Shown piece by piece: positions 51,736-64,000 of a stretch of 64,000 nucleotides of DNA. Source of the stretch: Mustelus asterias (taxonomy: Eukaryota); NCBI RefSeq assembly GCF_964213995.1, contig NC_135826.1:15810001-15874000 (forward strand). Direction: 5' to 3'. Position 1 is the first letter of the stretch. The number at the start of each line of letters is the position of its first letter. The notes under the pieces are model-generated. The model ran no database searches and was not told the DNA's origin. It saw only the letters and a program-made list of their open reading frames with translations. Position numbers and translations under genes: made by a program.

Positions 51736-54700
51736 ATTTTGACGAGGCTCCACATTGATTTTGCCAGCCCTTTCATTGGAATGATGTTTTTAATGTTAGT
51801 GGATGCCCACTAAATTGACATTCAGATCATGCATTCAGCAACCTCATCATCCACAAGCAGTGACAAATTTTCACAATATGTAGCATTCCAGAGGTGATCG
51901 TTTCTGACAATGGCACCGTTTTCGCAACCAAAGTGTTTCAACAGTTTGTTGAGATTAATGGTACCCAAGAGATACAGATGACCCCATCCCACCCCGCCTC
52001 CAATGGGTTGGCAGAAAGGGCAGTGCAAGCTTTTAAAGCATCGATAGGGAAGCAGTCCAACAGACCACTGCCATCTGGTTAGCCAATTTTCTGCTGTCAC
52101 ATAATGTGACCCCTCACGCTGCCACAGTGGTACATCGGTCAAATTGTTGATAGGACGATACCTTAGAATCTGCCTTGACATCTTTTTCCCAAATTTCTGG
52201 GAAGGGTGGGGGCTAAGCAAAAACCTGACAGAAGGCATACCACGATTCAGCTAGGTTTACTCTGTCGGGTTGGGGGGGTCTCGAACAATGGATCACAATC
52301 TCCATTTAGGACTGAGATGAGGGGAAACCTGTTCACTCAGAGGGAGGTGAACTTGTGGAATTCTCTTCCTGTGGAGGCCAAGTCACTGAATATATTTCAG
52401 AAGTAAACAGTTGGATTTCTAGACCCTAAGTTGTCAAGTGGTCTGGGGAGAAAGCGGGAATATGGCATTGGGATACAGGAATAACCATGATCATAGTTTC
52501 TATGTTACTGTGTAATAGAGCAGATGTAACAATAGATGCTGATTACTTTGCAGATAACTTGCAGATAATTTTGAGCCACACATTTCAGGTAAAGAGGCAA
52601 AGCAGTAACTGGCTTTATTAGAGCAACCCTGCCAGGGCAAAGAAGGAGATCTTGTGGTGCAATGATTGGTGTCCCGCTATCCCACTGGGAGGGTTTATCT
52701 TGCCATCTGAGCTCAGGTCTTCCTGCAGGCCCTCCAAGCCAACCCAACAGGTAGACTCCATGAGGCCCACAATGACAGGCATCCTGGAATAACTGCTTCT
52801 TCTGACTGAACCCTCGACCTTGCCCCTTCTCCCCCCCTTCCCCCGCCTTGAATCAGTGGGATAAACCATAGAGTCCCTCACCCTCACTCAGACATGAGCC
52901 CAGGAGTCAGTGTGTGGTCAGCTCAAAGGCAGGAGTCAGACACGAGCAGAAACTGAGGAGCGTCACAGCTTTCTCAAAGCGAGTTGTGATCGTCTTCCTG
53001 CCTTGTCAAGTGACTCACGCACACTGCCAGCCCAGGCCCATCACCCTGGTGAGATGTCAATGACCTCTTCAGGATTGAGGTGGGTCGAGGGGTGGGGTGT
53101 CGAGGGAAAGGATTGGGGGGTGTTTGAATGTGTAGGGGGCAGGGTTGAGATGGTGTTGTGGCTATTGAGGTGGGGCTTGGGTGGGGCTGATGGCTATGGT
53201 GCCGCTAGACACCAAACCCTAATGAGCAAATCTTGAGGTTATGTGGACCTTCCTGGCCTGTCACACACTGGGTGCTGCTGACTGTTCTCCATCCTCCAGC
53301 TCCTCCTTGCCCACATTGCCCACTCCCTCCTGGTTTCCCCCACACAGGAAGAAGACCATTCCTCCTCCAGAATGTCACCCCACTGCAGCACAAGGTTGTG
53401 GGGTGGACATCAAACTACTAAACCACAAGTGTTTCTTTGGCTGCTGCTCTGCAGACACCGCTAGAGTGGTCAAGGCAGTGGAATCGCATCCCCAGCAGCC
53501 TTATGAACTGTTCAGTCAATGTCCCGGGTAGCTCTGTGAGCCTCATATCGCAGGATTCCGCTTCAGACTCAGGCCTCCGCACTGGCATCATCAGCCATGG
53601 CCTCTGCTGTGGTAGCCCTTGTCCCCCCCACGAGCTACCCCAGCAGCCTGGGTAGGTCTTCAAAGACCCCGGGGGTCTGCGAGTGCCCCACTATGTAGCT
53701 ATCATGCATGCTTCCTGGGTGCGTTCACGTACACGCATGACGTTGAGTGCACGGTCATAAGAGTCATAGACATTTACAGCATGGAAACAGGCCCTTTGGC
53801 CCAACTTGTCCATGCCGCCCTTTTTTTTAAACCCCTAAACTAATCCCAATTACCCGCATTTGGCCCATATCCCTCTATACCCATCTTATCCATGTAACTA
53901 TCTAAATGTTTTTAAAAGATAAAATTGTACCCACCTCTACCAACTACCTCTGGCAGCTTGTTCCAGCCATTCACCACCCTCTGTGAAAAAATTGCCCCTC
54001 TGAACACTTATGTATCTCTCCCCTCTCACCTTAGACCTATGCCCTCTAGTTTCAGACTCCCCTACCTTTGGGAAAAGATAATGACTATCTACCTTATCTA
54101 TGCCCCTCATTATTTTATAGACCCCTCTAAGGTCACCCCTCATCCCCCTACACTCCAGAGAAAAAAGTCCCAGTCTATCCAGCCTCTCCTTATAACTCAA
54201 ACCATCAAGTCCCAGTCGCATCCTAGTAAATCTTTTCTGCAGTCTTTCGAGTTTAATAATATCCTTTCTATAATAGGGTGACCAGAACTGCACACAGTAT
54301 TCCAAGTGTGGCCTTACCAATGTCTTGTGCAACTTCAACAAGATGTCCCAACTCCTGTATTCAATGTTCTGACCGATAACACCAAGCATGCCGAATGCCT
54401 TCTTCACCACTCTGTCCACCTGTGACTTCACTTTCAAGGAGCTATGAACATGTACCTCTGGACCTCTTTGTTCTGTAACTCTCCCCAATGCCCTACAATT
54501 AACTGAGTAAGTCCTGCCCTGGTTCAGTCTACCAAAATGCATCACCTTGCATTTGTCAAAATTAAACTCCATCTGCCATTCATCAGCCCACTAACCCAAT
54601 TGATCAAGTTCCCGTTGCAATTGGAGATAACTTTCTTCACTGTCCACTATGCCACCAATCTTGGTGTCATCTGCAAACTTACTAACCATGCCTCCTATAT

Positions 54701-54827
54701 TCTCATCCAAATCATTAATATAAATGACAAATAACAGTGGACCCAGTACTGATCCCTGAGGCACACTGCTGGTCACAAGCCTCCAGTTTGAAAAACAACC
54801 CTCTGCAACCATCCTCTGGCTTCTGTG

Positions 54828-55551
54828 CCGGATCATCGACACGGATGCCATCATCTCACGTGAGAACACCATCTACCAGGTACACGGTACCTACTCTTGC
54901 AACTCGGCCAATGTTGTCTACCTGATACGCTGCAGGAAAGGATGTCCCGAGGCATGGTACATTGGGGAAACCATGCAGACGCTACGACAACGGGTGAATG
55001 AACACCGCTCGACAATCACCAGGCAAGACTGTTCTCTTCCTGTGGGGGAGCACTTCAGCAGTCACGGGCATTCAGCCTTGGATCTTCAGGTAAGCGTTCT
55101 CCAAGGCGGCCTTCATGACAGCGCAGAGTCGCTGAGCAGAAACTGATAGCCAAGTTCTGCACACATGAGGACGGCCTAATCCAGGATGTTGGATTTATGT
55201 CACATTATCAGTAACCCCCACAGCTTGCCTCCTGGATTTGCAGAATCTCACTAGCTGTTCTGTCTGGAGACAATACACATCTCTTTAACCTGTGTTTAAT
55301 GCTCCCTCCACCCACATTGTCTGTACCTTTAAGACCTGGCTGGCTGTAGGGATTCGCATTCTAATCAGTATTCTGTAACTTGATTTTGTGTCTCTGTGCA
55401 CTGTTTGAGAGCACATTTCCACTCCATCTGACGAAAGAGCAGCGCTCCGAAAGCTTATTGTATTTGCTACCAAATAAACCTGTTGGACTTTAACCTGGTG
55501 TTGTGAGACTTCTTACTGTGTTCACCCTAGTCCAACGCCGGCATCTCCACA
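54828..55551 (+). mobile_element. Penelope-like element 3' part (GIY-YIG endonuclease and pLTR)
   Basis: NVVYLIRCRKGCPEAWYIGETMQTLRQRVNEHR; flanked by TTCTGT duplication. Confidence 0.88.
55424..55460 (+). ncRNA. Minimal type I hammerhead ribozyme motif in Penelope pLTR
   Basis: CCAT-CTGACGA-A-AGAGC-AGC-GCTCC-GAAA-GCTT-ATTG; one mismatch each in stems I and II. Confidence 0.65.
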
Positions 55552-57937
55552 TTCTGTCAAGAAGCCAATTTTGTATCCATTTAGATACCTCACCCTGGAT
55601 CCCATGAGATTTAACCTTCTGCAACAACCTACCATGCGGTACCTTGTTGAAGGCCTTGCTAAAGTCCATGTAGACAACATCAACTGCACTGCCCTCATCT
55701 ACCTTCTTGGTTACCCCTTCAGAAAACTCAATCAAATTTGTGAGACATGATTTTCCACTCACAAAGCCATGCTGACTGTCCCTAATCAGTCTCTAAATGC
55801 CTGTAGATTCTGTCTCTCAAAATACCTTCCAACAACTTACCCACCACAGATGTGAGGCTCACTGCCTGTAGTTCCCAGGCTTTTCCCTGCAGCCCTTTTT
55901 AAACAAAGGCACAATATTTGCCACTCTCCAATCTTCAGGCACTTCACCCGTGACTATCAATGATTCAAATATCTCGGCTAGGGGACCCGCAATTTCCTCC
56001 CTAGTCTCCCACAATGTCCTGGGATATAACTCATCAGGTCCCACAGATTTATCTACCTTGATGTACTTAAAGACTTCCAGCACCTCCTTCTCTGTAATAT
56101 GTACACTCCTTAAGACATCACTATTTATTTCCTCAAGTTCCCTAACATCCATGATTTTCTCAGTAGTAAATACTGATGAGAAATATTCATTTAGGATCTC
56201 ACCCATCTCTTGTGGATCCGCACACAGATGACCTTGTTGATCCTTAAGAGGCCCTACTCTCTCCCTTGTTACTCTTTTGCCCTTTATGTATTTGTAGAAG
56301 CTCTTTGGATTCTCCTTTGCCTTATCTGCCAAAACAATTTCGTATCCCCTTTTTTCCCTCCTGATTTCTCTCTTAACTCTACTCCTACATTCCCTATACC
56401 CTTCAAGGGATTCACTTGATCCCAGCTGCCTATGCATGTCATGTGCCTCTTTCAACTGGTCGCAGACAGTCTGAACATTGAAGGAGTGGAACCCTTTCGG
56501 TTGATGAAGGGCACTCCCTGATGCCACTGTTCTCTAAACGTGACAAGCATCCAGTCGATATCCCCTGGACCTGAGGCATTCTTGTGATGGCGGTGAGTCC
56601 TGCAGCCCTTGCCTTTTGGTGTGCCTTGTCCAGGTGGAGATCATGTAGTCTGAGGCCTGGTAATACAGAGCATATGTTACCTCTTAGTTCCACGGTGGGC
56701 TGAGGATTTTGGGAATCTGGTTTGAAAGGATGTTGGAGAGAGGGGAGAGAATCCAGTTGTTGTCATCCATGTTGGGACCAACAAACAGAAGAGCAGCCAG
56801 GATATTCTGTCAGGTACTGGGAGATAAATTGTAGAACAGGACTTCAAGGATAATAATTTCTGGATTATAACACAAGTCATGTGCAAATTGGCACAGGAAT
56901 AAACAGATTCGGAAGGCGAATATGTGGATGAAAGAGGACTCCAAGGACCAATGACATGAACTGAGACAGAAAGGAGCAGGACAACTGGGCTGATTCCATT
57001 TTAACTGGGCTGTTATAAAAAGCATGTGCACAAAGCATGAATGTTATGTTGCCATGGGCCAAATAAGCATTTGTTATAAGAACACACAGAGTATCAGGAA
57101 CAAATTCATTGCTTTCAACCTGGAGGGTTTGACATTTTAGATATTACTTTAACCTATAAATGGGGATTTGAGGAGTGTGTGCCTGGACCAAGGAAGGTGG
57201 CTGAGCGGAGTGTGGGGGAGGGGGTGTTGGTTGGGGTTGGTGGTGGTGTTGGGGTAGGTTATTGTGGAGCAGGTAGTGAATGTCTTGCGTGAGAACTGGG
57301 TAGTTTTCTGTGATATGACCTCACACGGGTGAGGCAATCGGCCAGTTTTGATTTACTCCCAATAAAGAACTGGCGGAAATTGTAACAGTTGCAGAAAGAT
57401 CAGGCTGGTTGAGATGAAGAGATAACAGTCAATGGTGTGTCTGTGGCATGTTGAGCCTCTCGCAGGCCTGTGACAGGTTTATACTATAATACATTTACAC
57501 ACCATGAAACAGTTTTCAATAAACCTTCAGGATAAAGTCAGCAGCATACATGAATCCCATACTGTCTGGTTCACAGTTGTTTAAAGGTGATGTTTCGCAG
57601 TTGGCTTTGTTGTGATTTCCTTGTTTCACTCTGCATCACAAGGAAGGGGTACAGGAGAATGGCAGCTCACATAGAGGGACAGGAACGATAGTGATGACGG
57701 GGGCTTTGGAATGGTGTCACACGGCTTTGAGTTCACCTACAACAGTCCAATTGCCCTGTTGAGGATGTTCTTGAACAATCTGCTTTACTCTACATAGAAA
57801 AGAGGGCCAGCTGAACCTGCAAGTTCAGCCCTGTCGCACAGAGTGGGAGTACAACACACACGCTAACATTCAGTAACGAGTAATCACCACATTGTTTCTC
57901 CTACAATAAAGGAAGTTTCCCGAAAAAAAAACCTTCA

Positions 57938-58107
57938 GGGCAGCACGGTGGCTCAGTGGTTAACACTGCTGCCTCATAGTGCCAGGGACTCAGGTTCAAG
58001 TGCAGTCTCTGGTGACTGTGTGGAGTTTGCACATTCTCCCCGTGTCTGTGTGTTTCCTCCAGGTGCTGCGGTTTCCTCCCACAGTCCATAGATGTGCGAG
58101 TTAGGTA
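57938..58107 (+). mobile_element. HE1/V-SINE 5' part, cut by Penelope
   Basis: A and B boxes and V domain; tail missing. Confidence 0.8.
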
Positions 58108-59080
58108 GCCAAAAGAGAAAATGCTGGAAAATCTCAGCAGGTCTGGCAGCATCTGTAAGGAGAGAAAAGAGCTGACGTTTCAAGTCCAGATGACCCTTTG
58201 TCAAAGCTAAAAGGCCTAGAAAGTGGGAAATATTGATACTATAGGATGAGGGAATGAAAGATGAGTCATAGCCAGAAAAGCGAGGGGAAGGCTAAGAGAT
58301 TCTAATGACAGTCGATAGAGACAATAGAAGGTGTGAATGGCCAAACGGCAGAGAAGCTGAAATCCGAGGATAAGTTGTGACAGGTGAAGATGTTGGGGAG
58401 GGGAGGGATGGATGGGAGAGAGGTAACATTGCGAAAAGGGAAGCAAAGAGGGGGAAAATGGGGGGGTGGGGAAAGAAAAATAAAGAGAGACAAGAAATAA
58501 AAGATAGAGAACAGTTAAAAAATAAATAAAATGAAAACAAAGGGGTCGAGGTGGGGTAGAGCTAATCACCTGAATTTGTTGAATTCGATGTTGAGACCGG
58601 AAGGCTGTAACGAGCCCAGCCGGAAGATGAGATGCTGTTCCTCCAGTTTACGCTGAGCTCCACTGGAACATTGCAGCAGGCCAAGGACAGACATGGGAAT
58701 AGGATCATGTGTTAAAGCAACCGGAAGGTCAGGGTCCAGATTGTGCACAGACTGAAGGTGCTCAGCAAAGCGATCGCCCAGTCTACGTTTGGTTTCTCCG
58801 TTATAGAGGAGACCACATTGGGAGCAGTGAATGCAATAAACTGAATTGAAAGAGGTGCAAGTGAAACGCTGCTTCACCTGGAATGAGTGTTTTGGACCTT
58901 GGATGGTAAGGATGGAGAAGTAAAGGGGCAGGTGTTGCACCTTCTGCGATTGCATGGGGAGGTACCATCGGTGATGGGAGAGGTGTTGGGTATAATGGAG
59001 GTGTGGATTAGGTTATCCTGGAGGGAACAGTCTCTGCGGAATGCTGGCAGAGGGAGTGAAGGGAAGATGTGTTTGGTGGT
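58108..59080 (-). mobile_element. Penelope-like element 3' part (second family)
   Basis: VYCIHCSQCGLLYNGETKRRLGDRFAEH...EQHLIFRLGSLQPSGLNIEF (GIY-YIG); pLTR end TGCTGCCAGACCTGCTGAG also seen at 39104-39182. Confidence 0.9.
58170..58208 (-). ncRNA. Minimal hammerhead ribozyme with U3:A8 core variant
   Basis: Minus strand AGCT-TTGACAA-A-GGGTC-ATCTG-GACTT-GAAAC-GTC-AGCT. Confidence 0.65.
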
Positions 59081-59609
59081 CAGATTGCAGCAGGTCAGAT
59101 GGCTCTCTGGTGGGGGGATGGAGGGAGGCATGTCAGATGGCTCTCTAGTGGGGGCAGGGGGTTTCCACTGCCACTCTGCATGCAATCAATGGGGAGAAGG
59201 AGGGGTCCACTGCCACTCCGTGTACGATTGGTAGGGGGGCAGGGGGCTGCGATCGGTCTGGGTAAGGGGGGGGCTGGGGGGATAAGGGGGTCAGTTATGT
59301 TGTGGGGGTGGGGCAATGTCTGTGGTGGCCGGGGGAAGGCATTATCCAGCCCGAGAGCGATGTGGCAGGGGAGGGTTTTTGTATTTTTTTTACTGCGCAT
59401 GGGCAGGTGAAGGCTCCGATTGGAGCTGCAGTGTTTCGGGCACGATATGCCCCGTCCACAGGCTTCTGCAGTGCAATTCAGAATCGCTGATTTCTTTTCA
59501 GGCAGAGTGCGTATGGGGGCGCCTGAGAACGGGTCTAAAAGTCGGATCTGAAACACTCCCAGATTCAAGTCCACCCAGCACTTCGAATCAAAATGGTAAA
59601 ACCGGGCTC
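59080..59609. mobile_element. Right half of the 7862/43826-family TIR element
   Basis: High similarity to 44300-44726; ends AATGGTAAAACCGGGCTC. Confidence 0.8.
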
Positions 59610-61446
59610 CATAACATTAATGCTTTGTGCACGTGCTTCTTATTTTTCTCTCCTGGTTTGGTTACTTTACAGCTTTTATTTCCCCATGACTGATGGTGCC
59701 TTAATCACAATTTTAACTCCTGCTGTCCTCTTTTACATTCTTTTTTCAAACTTTTATTTATCCAACCTTTTCCACGTGAACCCTTCTGCATTTACTAGTT
59801 TTAATTCCTCGTTACCGCCCTGTTTATCCTTCCCACGAGGAGTCTCTTAACAGGCCAGTTAAATTGGAACCATCCCAGAGGTCCTGTTCCCTCCCGAGGG
59901 AGACCAGACATGATGATCACACTGGGAGCTCGGAGGCCAGTATCCCCAGGTAGTCAGGGTCAAGATAGGGCAGTGCACTGGCACCTTGGCAGCGCCAATC
60001 TGGCACTACCAAGGGTGGGGCGTGATGGGGGTGGGGACAGAAGGGGGCAGGGCCTGTTTGGGGAAGGGGCCTGTGTGCAGAGATTTGCTTCATGGTGGAG
60101 GATTGGGGGGCAGGGGAGGTGGCAAAGGGGGAGCACTTATGTCTTGAAGAGTCGATGCCAGCGATTAGTGGGTGGGGGGATGCCTGGAAGGACTTATGCT
60201 ACATTGATGGGGGCAGGGGATCTTTAACTTGGAATAGAGATTGGCACCCTTATCTCTGTGGAGCCCAACCTGCTCATTCTCTATCTGAACTGAGTGTCTT
60301 TTACAGCGTGCTGGAGAGATTCAAGATGGAGATGTTTACTGCAAACATCCATGACTGTCGACAATCTCCCACGTTCTGTGGTCCTGACACAACATGCCCA
60401 TCCAGATCTGAGAGTTGATTATTTACATTATTAATGTGCATGTTTCATTTTTTTGTCAGTTTTTTCCTTTTTCAGCATAAAAACTTACAGAAAGTACGAT
60501 AACAATTCAAAGAAAGATTTTTACTTCTTATTGTTCAACATTTACATCAAATATCACAACTATTGAAGACAAATTGCATCATCTCCCCTGCACCAAATTC
60601 CCACTCTCTCCAAATTCCCACTCTCACCAAATTCCCAACCTTTACACTTGGTTAATGATGCATTCCATTTGCCACCACTCTGAAGGAGAATTTCCTGATA
60701 TTATTTGAACCCAGGTATCCTCGACTCATTCTCATTGTTTAATTTAGACAAATATTCCAGATTTACTTCGACATCTCTTTAAGTACTATCAGATTCTCCA
60801 GCCTTTTCTTATCGCTCAGGTGTTTGACTTTGGGAATTGATTTTGTTGCTTTTTCTTGCTCAGCCTCCTGGACTTGAATTTCTCTCGTGTGTCTCATAGA
60901 CCAGAACAGGACACAATGCTCAATGTGCAGTCTGACCACATCATTGTACCAATCAAAACTTTCTGAATTGCATTCTGCTCTTTTGGCCATGGGCTTTAAT
61001 GATCTGTTGATTTATTTTGATCATTTCTCAGTATTAGTTGGACATGTTGACCATGAACCAAACTAGATCAATTACTATTTTGACCATTGCTATTTCTGAA
61101 ACAATTATTTAGTCCGGTACACTTCTTGTTACGTGCAATTGGCCATTGGCCTATCCAATTCTATACTTTCTCCAACCCATTTAGCCACTCACAATACCGA
61201 CAAAACATGAAAAGAAAACGTATCAAACATTTGTTGAGTTTAACCTTTCTCTGTCAGTTGTGTCATATATCATTATTCATTCCAAATTGTGATCTTTACC
61301 GACAATATAATTACGGCTACTTAATGGATTAACGTCCCACAAGGAATGTTGGTATAAATTCACAGTGATAGCGTAAACTTACCAAACACTTATATTGAAT
61401 TTCTTAGAATGGATGGAATTTTCCATTTTCACTTTTTCACTCTTCG

Positions 61447-62830
61447 GGCTGAATTCTCCGACCTCGCCCTCCTGACCTGGCCTGGTTGACTCTTAAAATG
61501 CCCTCTGAAATGGTCATTCAGTTAAAAGGATGGCAACTAGGGCAATTAGGGACGGGCTATAAATGCGAGACCAGCTAGCGACGTCCATACCCCATAATTG
61601 AATTTTAAAAACCCTATGGCATTCTTCTCACCAGTAACGCAGAGACAGATAGCAGCAGCTGTGGGGGCCACATGAGGGTATGTAGGCAAGGATGCTGTCA
61701 AAGTGCTCCTGTACCCATGCCCATGTCTCTTAATGCTCCTCTCTATCTGCAGGATAAGTGTGAAAGAGCACAGACATGGGCAGGAATCCTGACGTTAGGA
61801 TCCTAATCCCCTTTAAAGAAGATGGTATGGAGCTGGCAAGTGAGGAAGGTGACTGGACTCGAGTTAAAGGGGCTATTGGACATGTCCAATCAACCATTAA
61901 AAATGCCTCCAGTCTGCTCCCCATGGATGGACAGAGCTCACGACTTGAATAATTCTTTATGTTCATCAATGCAGCCTCCAGAGCCCACTCTCAAGGCAGA
62001 AATGGAGAAGACCAGCCCCACCTCCACCTCTCAGGAGAAAGAAATGGCACCCTGACAGGATGCACTGTCAAGCGTTTTTCCACATTCTTCACCAGTGCAG
62101 ACATGCACCTCACTGAACGCATGTGCCAGAGTAGGCTCTGGGTCACAAGCTGGTGAGTACAGCACTGACACAGGTCCACAGCTGTGGAGAAAGTGACAGC
62201 TGAGGTCTCTGACACTGGGAGGATTCTGGAGACCAGGCCCCTGCTGAGGCCGCATGCAGACAGCAAGCCTCAGGACTCGGCCAGAAGAGACCTGTTGAAA
62301 CTGCGAAGACAGACAGACGGCATCATGAAGCTAAGAGTCCATCAGTCATGTGCAGACTTGAGCAAAAGATGGAGGGGTCCATTGGGGTTCTGTCTCCCGT
62401 TGTGGCTCTGGCATGTGAGTCCACGGGAAGGGCAGCAGCTGCCTTAGAAGCCAAGGTCTAGTTGAATGCACATTGTCTGCTGGATATGTGCTCAGACCTG
62501 CACTCCACCACTCTAACCATAAGTGCTGTTCGCAAATGGCAAGGCAAGAAGGACACAAGGCACCTCACCCTTCCCCTAGGCGCTCCTTCTCCTCAGAGAG
62601 GTGGAGCGTCAACAAGGTACTCCAGGGGCTCCACCTTCTCTCTTTCAGTGACTCCATCGCATCCAGCAGGTCAAGCGAATAAGGGTGCACCTACATCTGT
62701 GCAGGAGACCCTCAGCAGGCCAGAGCCCTACCAGCGAGACGAAGCACCAAGTGGTGAGCTCAGCAATTCCAAACCGTTGGGTACACAAAGAGGTGGAAGG
62801 AGGGAAAACATGTTCGCTTTTCATAACAGT
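61447..62830 (+). mobile_element. Harbinger remnant (TIR-like start, partner-gene fragments)
   Basis: Starts GGGCTGAATTCTCC; segments resemble the partner-gene regions at 1-830 and 35000-36200. Confidence 0.45.
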
Positions 62831-62851
62831 TACTCCGTATTCAGGTAAGTT

Positions 62852-64000
62852 ATTAGAGTCATAGAGGTTTACAGCATGGAAACAGGCCCTTCGGCCCAAC
62901 TTATCCATGCCGCCCTTTTATTTTTAAACCCCTAAGCTAATGCCAATTGCCCGCTCTATATCCATCGTACCCATGTAACTATCTAAATGCTTTTTAAAAG
63001 ATAAAATTGTACCCGCCTCTACTACTAACTCTGGTAGCTTGTTCCAGACACTCACCACCCTCTGTGTGAAAAAATTGCCCCTCTGGACACTTTTGTATCT
63101 CTCCCCTCTCACCTTAAACCTATGCCCTCTAGTTTTAGACTCCCCTACCTTTGGGAAAAGCTATTGACTATCTACCTTGTCTATGCCCCTCATTATTTTA
63201 TAAACCTCTATAAGGTCACCCCTCAGCCTCCTATGCTCCAGAGAAAAAAGTCCCAGTCTCTTGAGCCTCTCCTTATAACTCAATCCATCAAGTCCCGGTA
63301 GCATCCTAGTAAATCTTTTCTGCACTCTTTCTAGTTTAATAATATCCTTTCTATAATAGGGTGACCAGAACTGTACACAGTATTCCAAGTGTGGCCTTAC
63401 CAATGTCTTGTACAACTTTAACAAGACGTCCCAACTCCTGTATTCAATGTTCTGACCGATAAAACCAAGCATGCCGAATGCCTTCTTCGCCACTCTGTCC
63501 ACCTGTGACTCCACTTTCAAGGAGCTATGAACATGTACCCCTAGATCTCTTTGTTCTGTAACTCTCCCCAACACCCTACCATTAACTGAGTAAGTCCTGC
63601 CCTGGTTCAATCTACCAAAATGCATCCCCAAGCATTTGTCTAAATTAAACTCCATCTGCCATTCGTCAGCCCACTGGCCCAACTGGCAGAAGTCGGGAAC
63701 CCTGGATGTCTCGGGTTATTGAGGCCCTAGTCAAAAAGAAGAAAGAGGCACATGATTTGCATAGGCAGCTGGGATCAAGTGAATCTCTTGAAGAGTATCG
63801 GGGGTGTAGGAGTAGAGTTAAGAGAGAAATCAGGAGGGCAAAAAGGGGACACGAAATTGTTTTGGCAGATAAGGCAAAGGAGAATCCAAAGAGCTTCTAC
63901 AAATACGTAAAGGGCAAAAGAGTAACAAGGGAGAGAGTAGGGCCTCTTAAGGATCAACAAGTCATCTATGTGCGGATCCACAAGAGATGGGCGAGATCCT
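62852..64000 (-). mobile_element. Young CR1: minus-strand 3' part (62852-63685) joined to a plus-strand upstream ORF2 segment (63686-64000)
   Basis: WADEWQMEFN...RPHLEYCVQFW on minus; REPWM...KENPKSFYKY on plus; same subfamily as 53755-56445. Confidence 0.9.

Larger units (their letters stand above)
46700..52260 (+). mobile_element. Decayed Gypsy LTR retrotransposon (gag, protease, RT, RNase H, integrase) with nested inserts
   Basis: LTR end ACAACA and PBS-like TGGCAATGAG at about 46755; DRLVCGIN; two zinc knuckles at 47520-47606; EVDTGAS; YLDD at about 49600; CDASPY; SDNGTVF; HPASNGLAERAVQ. Confidence 0.88.
53755..56445 (-). mobile_element. CR1 LINE, 5'-truncated, split by Penelope
   Basis: [46 protein letters not shown]; tail (CTATGACT)n. 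Confidence 0.92.
52570..56690 (-). mobile_element. Harbinger transposase remnant split by CR1
   Basis: ARAAG...MPQVQG and KGFHSFNVQTVCD at 56440-56690 continue as PGSMHDSY, RPWLMMP and LLGMRFHCLD at 53400-53750. Confidence 0.75.

Noticed and set aside
51287-51776. ORFs in several frames; CRISPR-like or collagen-like appearance
   Set aside because: This is a head-to-tail 24-bp repeat with no unique spacers, in eukaryotic DNA.
57600-57800. Non-repetitive stretch with short open frames as a host exon
   Set aside because: No recognisable protein motif and no convincing splice-site pair.

Overview
This is eukaryotic, repeat-dominated DNA. The HE1/V-type SINEs, CR1 tails and Rex/Penelope families point to a cartilaginous fish, probably a shark (inference). 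The only host gene I can reconstruct is a minus-strand papain-family (C1A) cathepsin L-like gene. It has a CCAAT/TATA promoter and short non-coding exon 1 near 24.0 kb, and five coding exons at 20003-20134, 10643-10765, 7251-7427, 5112-5336 and 3699-3861. The exons with the catalytic His and Asn must lie left of the window. The protein has an unusual acidic propeptide linker, a basic mature domain and an extra CxxC. A CpG-rich candidate first exon of a divergent gene lies at about 26.9 kb. The rest is nested transposons: CR1, L2, Rex1/Babar and Tx1 LINEs, PIF/Harbinger elements with GC-rich non-autonomous derivatives, two decayed Gypsy elements, and a defective env-bearing endogenous retrovirus lacking protease, RT and the 5' LTR. 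Penelope elements here carry hammerhead ribozymes, including a U3:A8 covariant core and a fold-back double-hammerhead element just upstream of the cathepsin promoter. Three minisatellites are also present. Exon, TIR and TSD boundaries were counted by hand; edges of old repeats are approximate.
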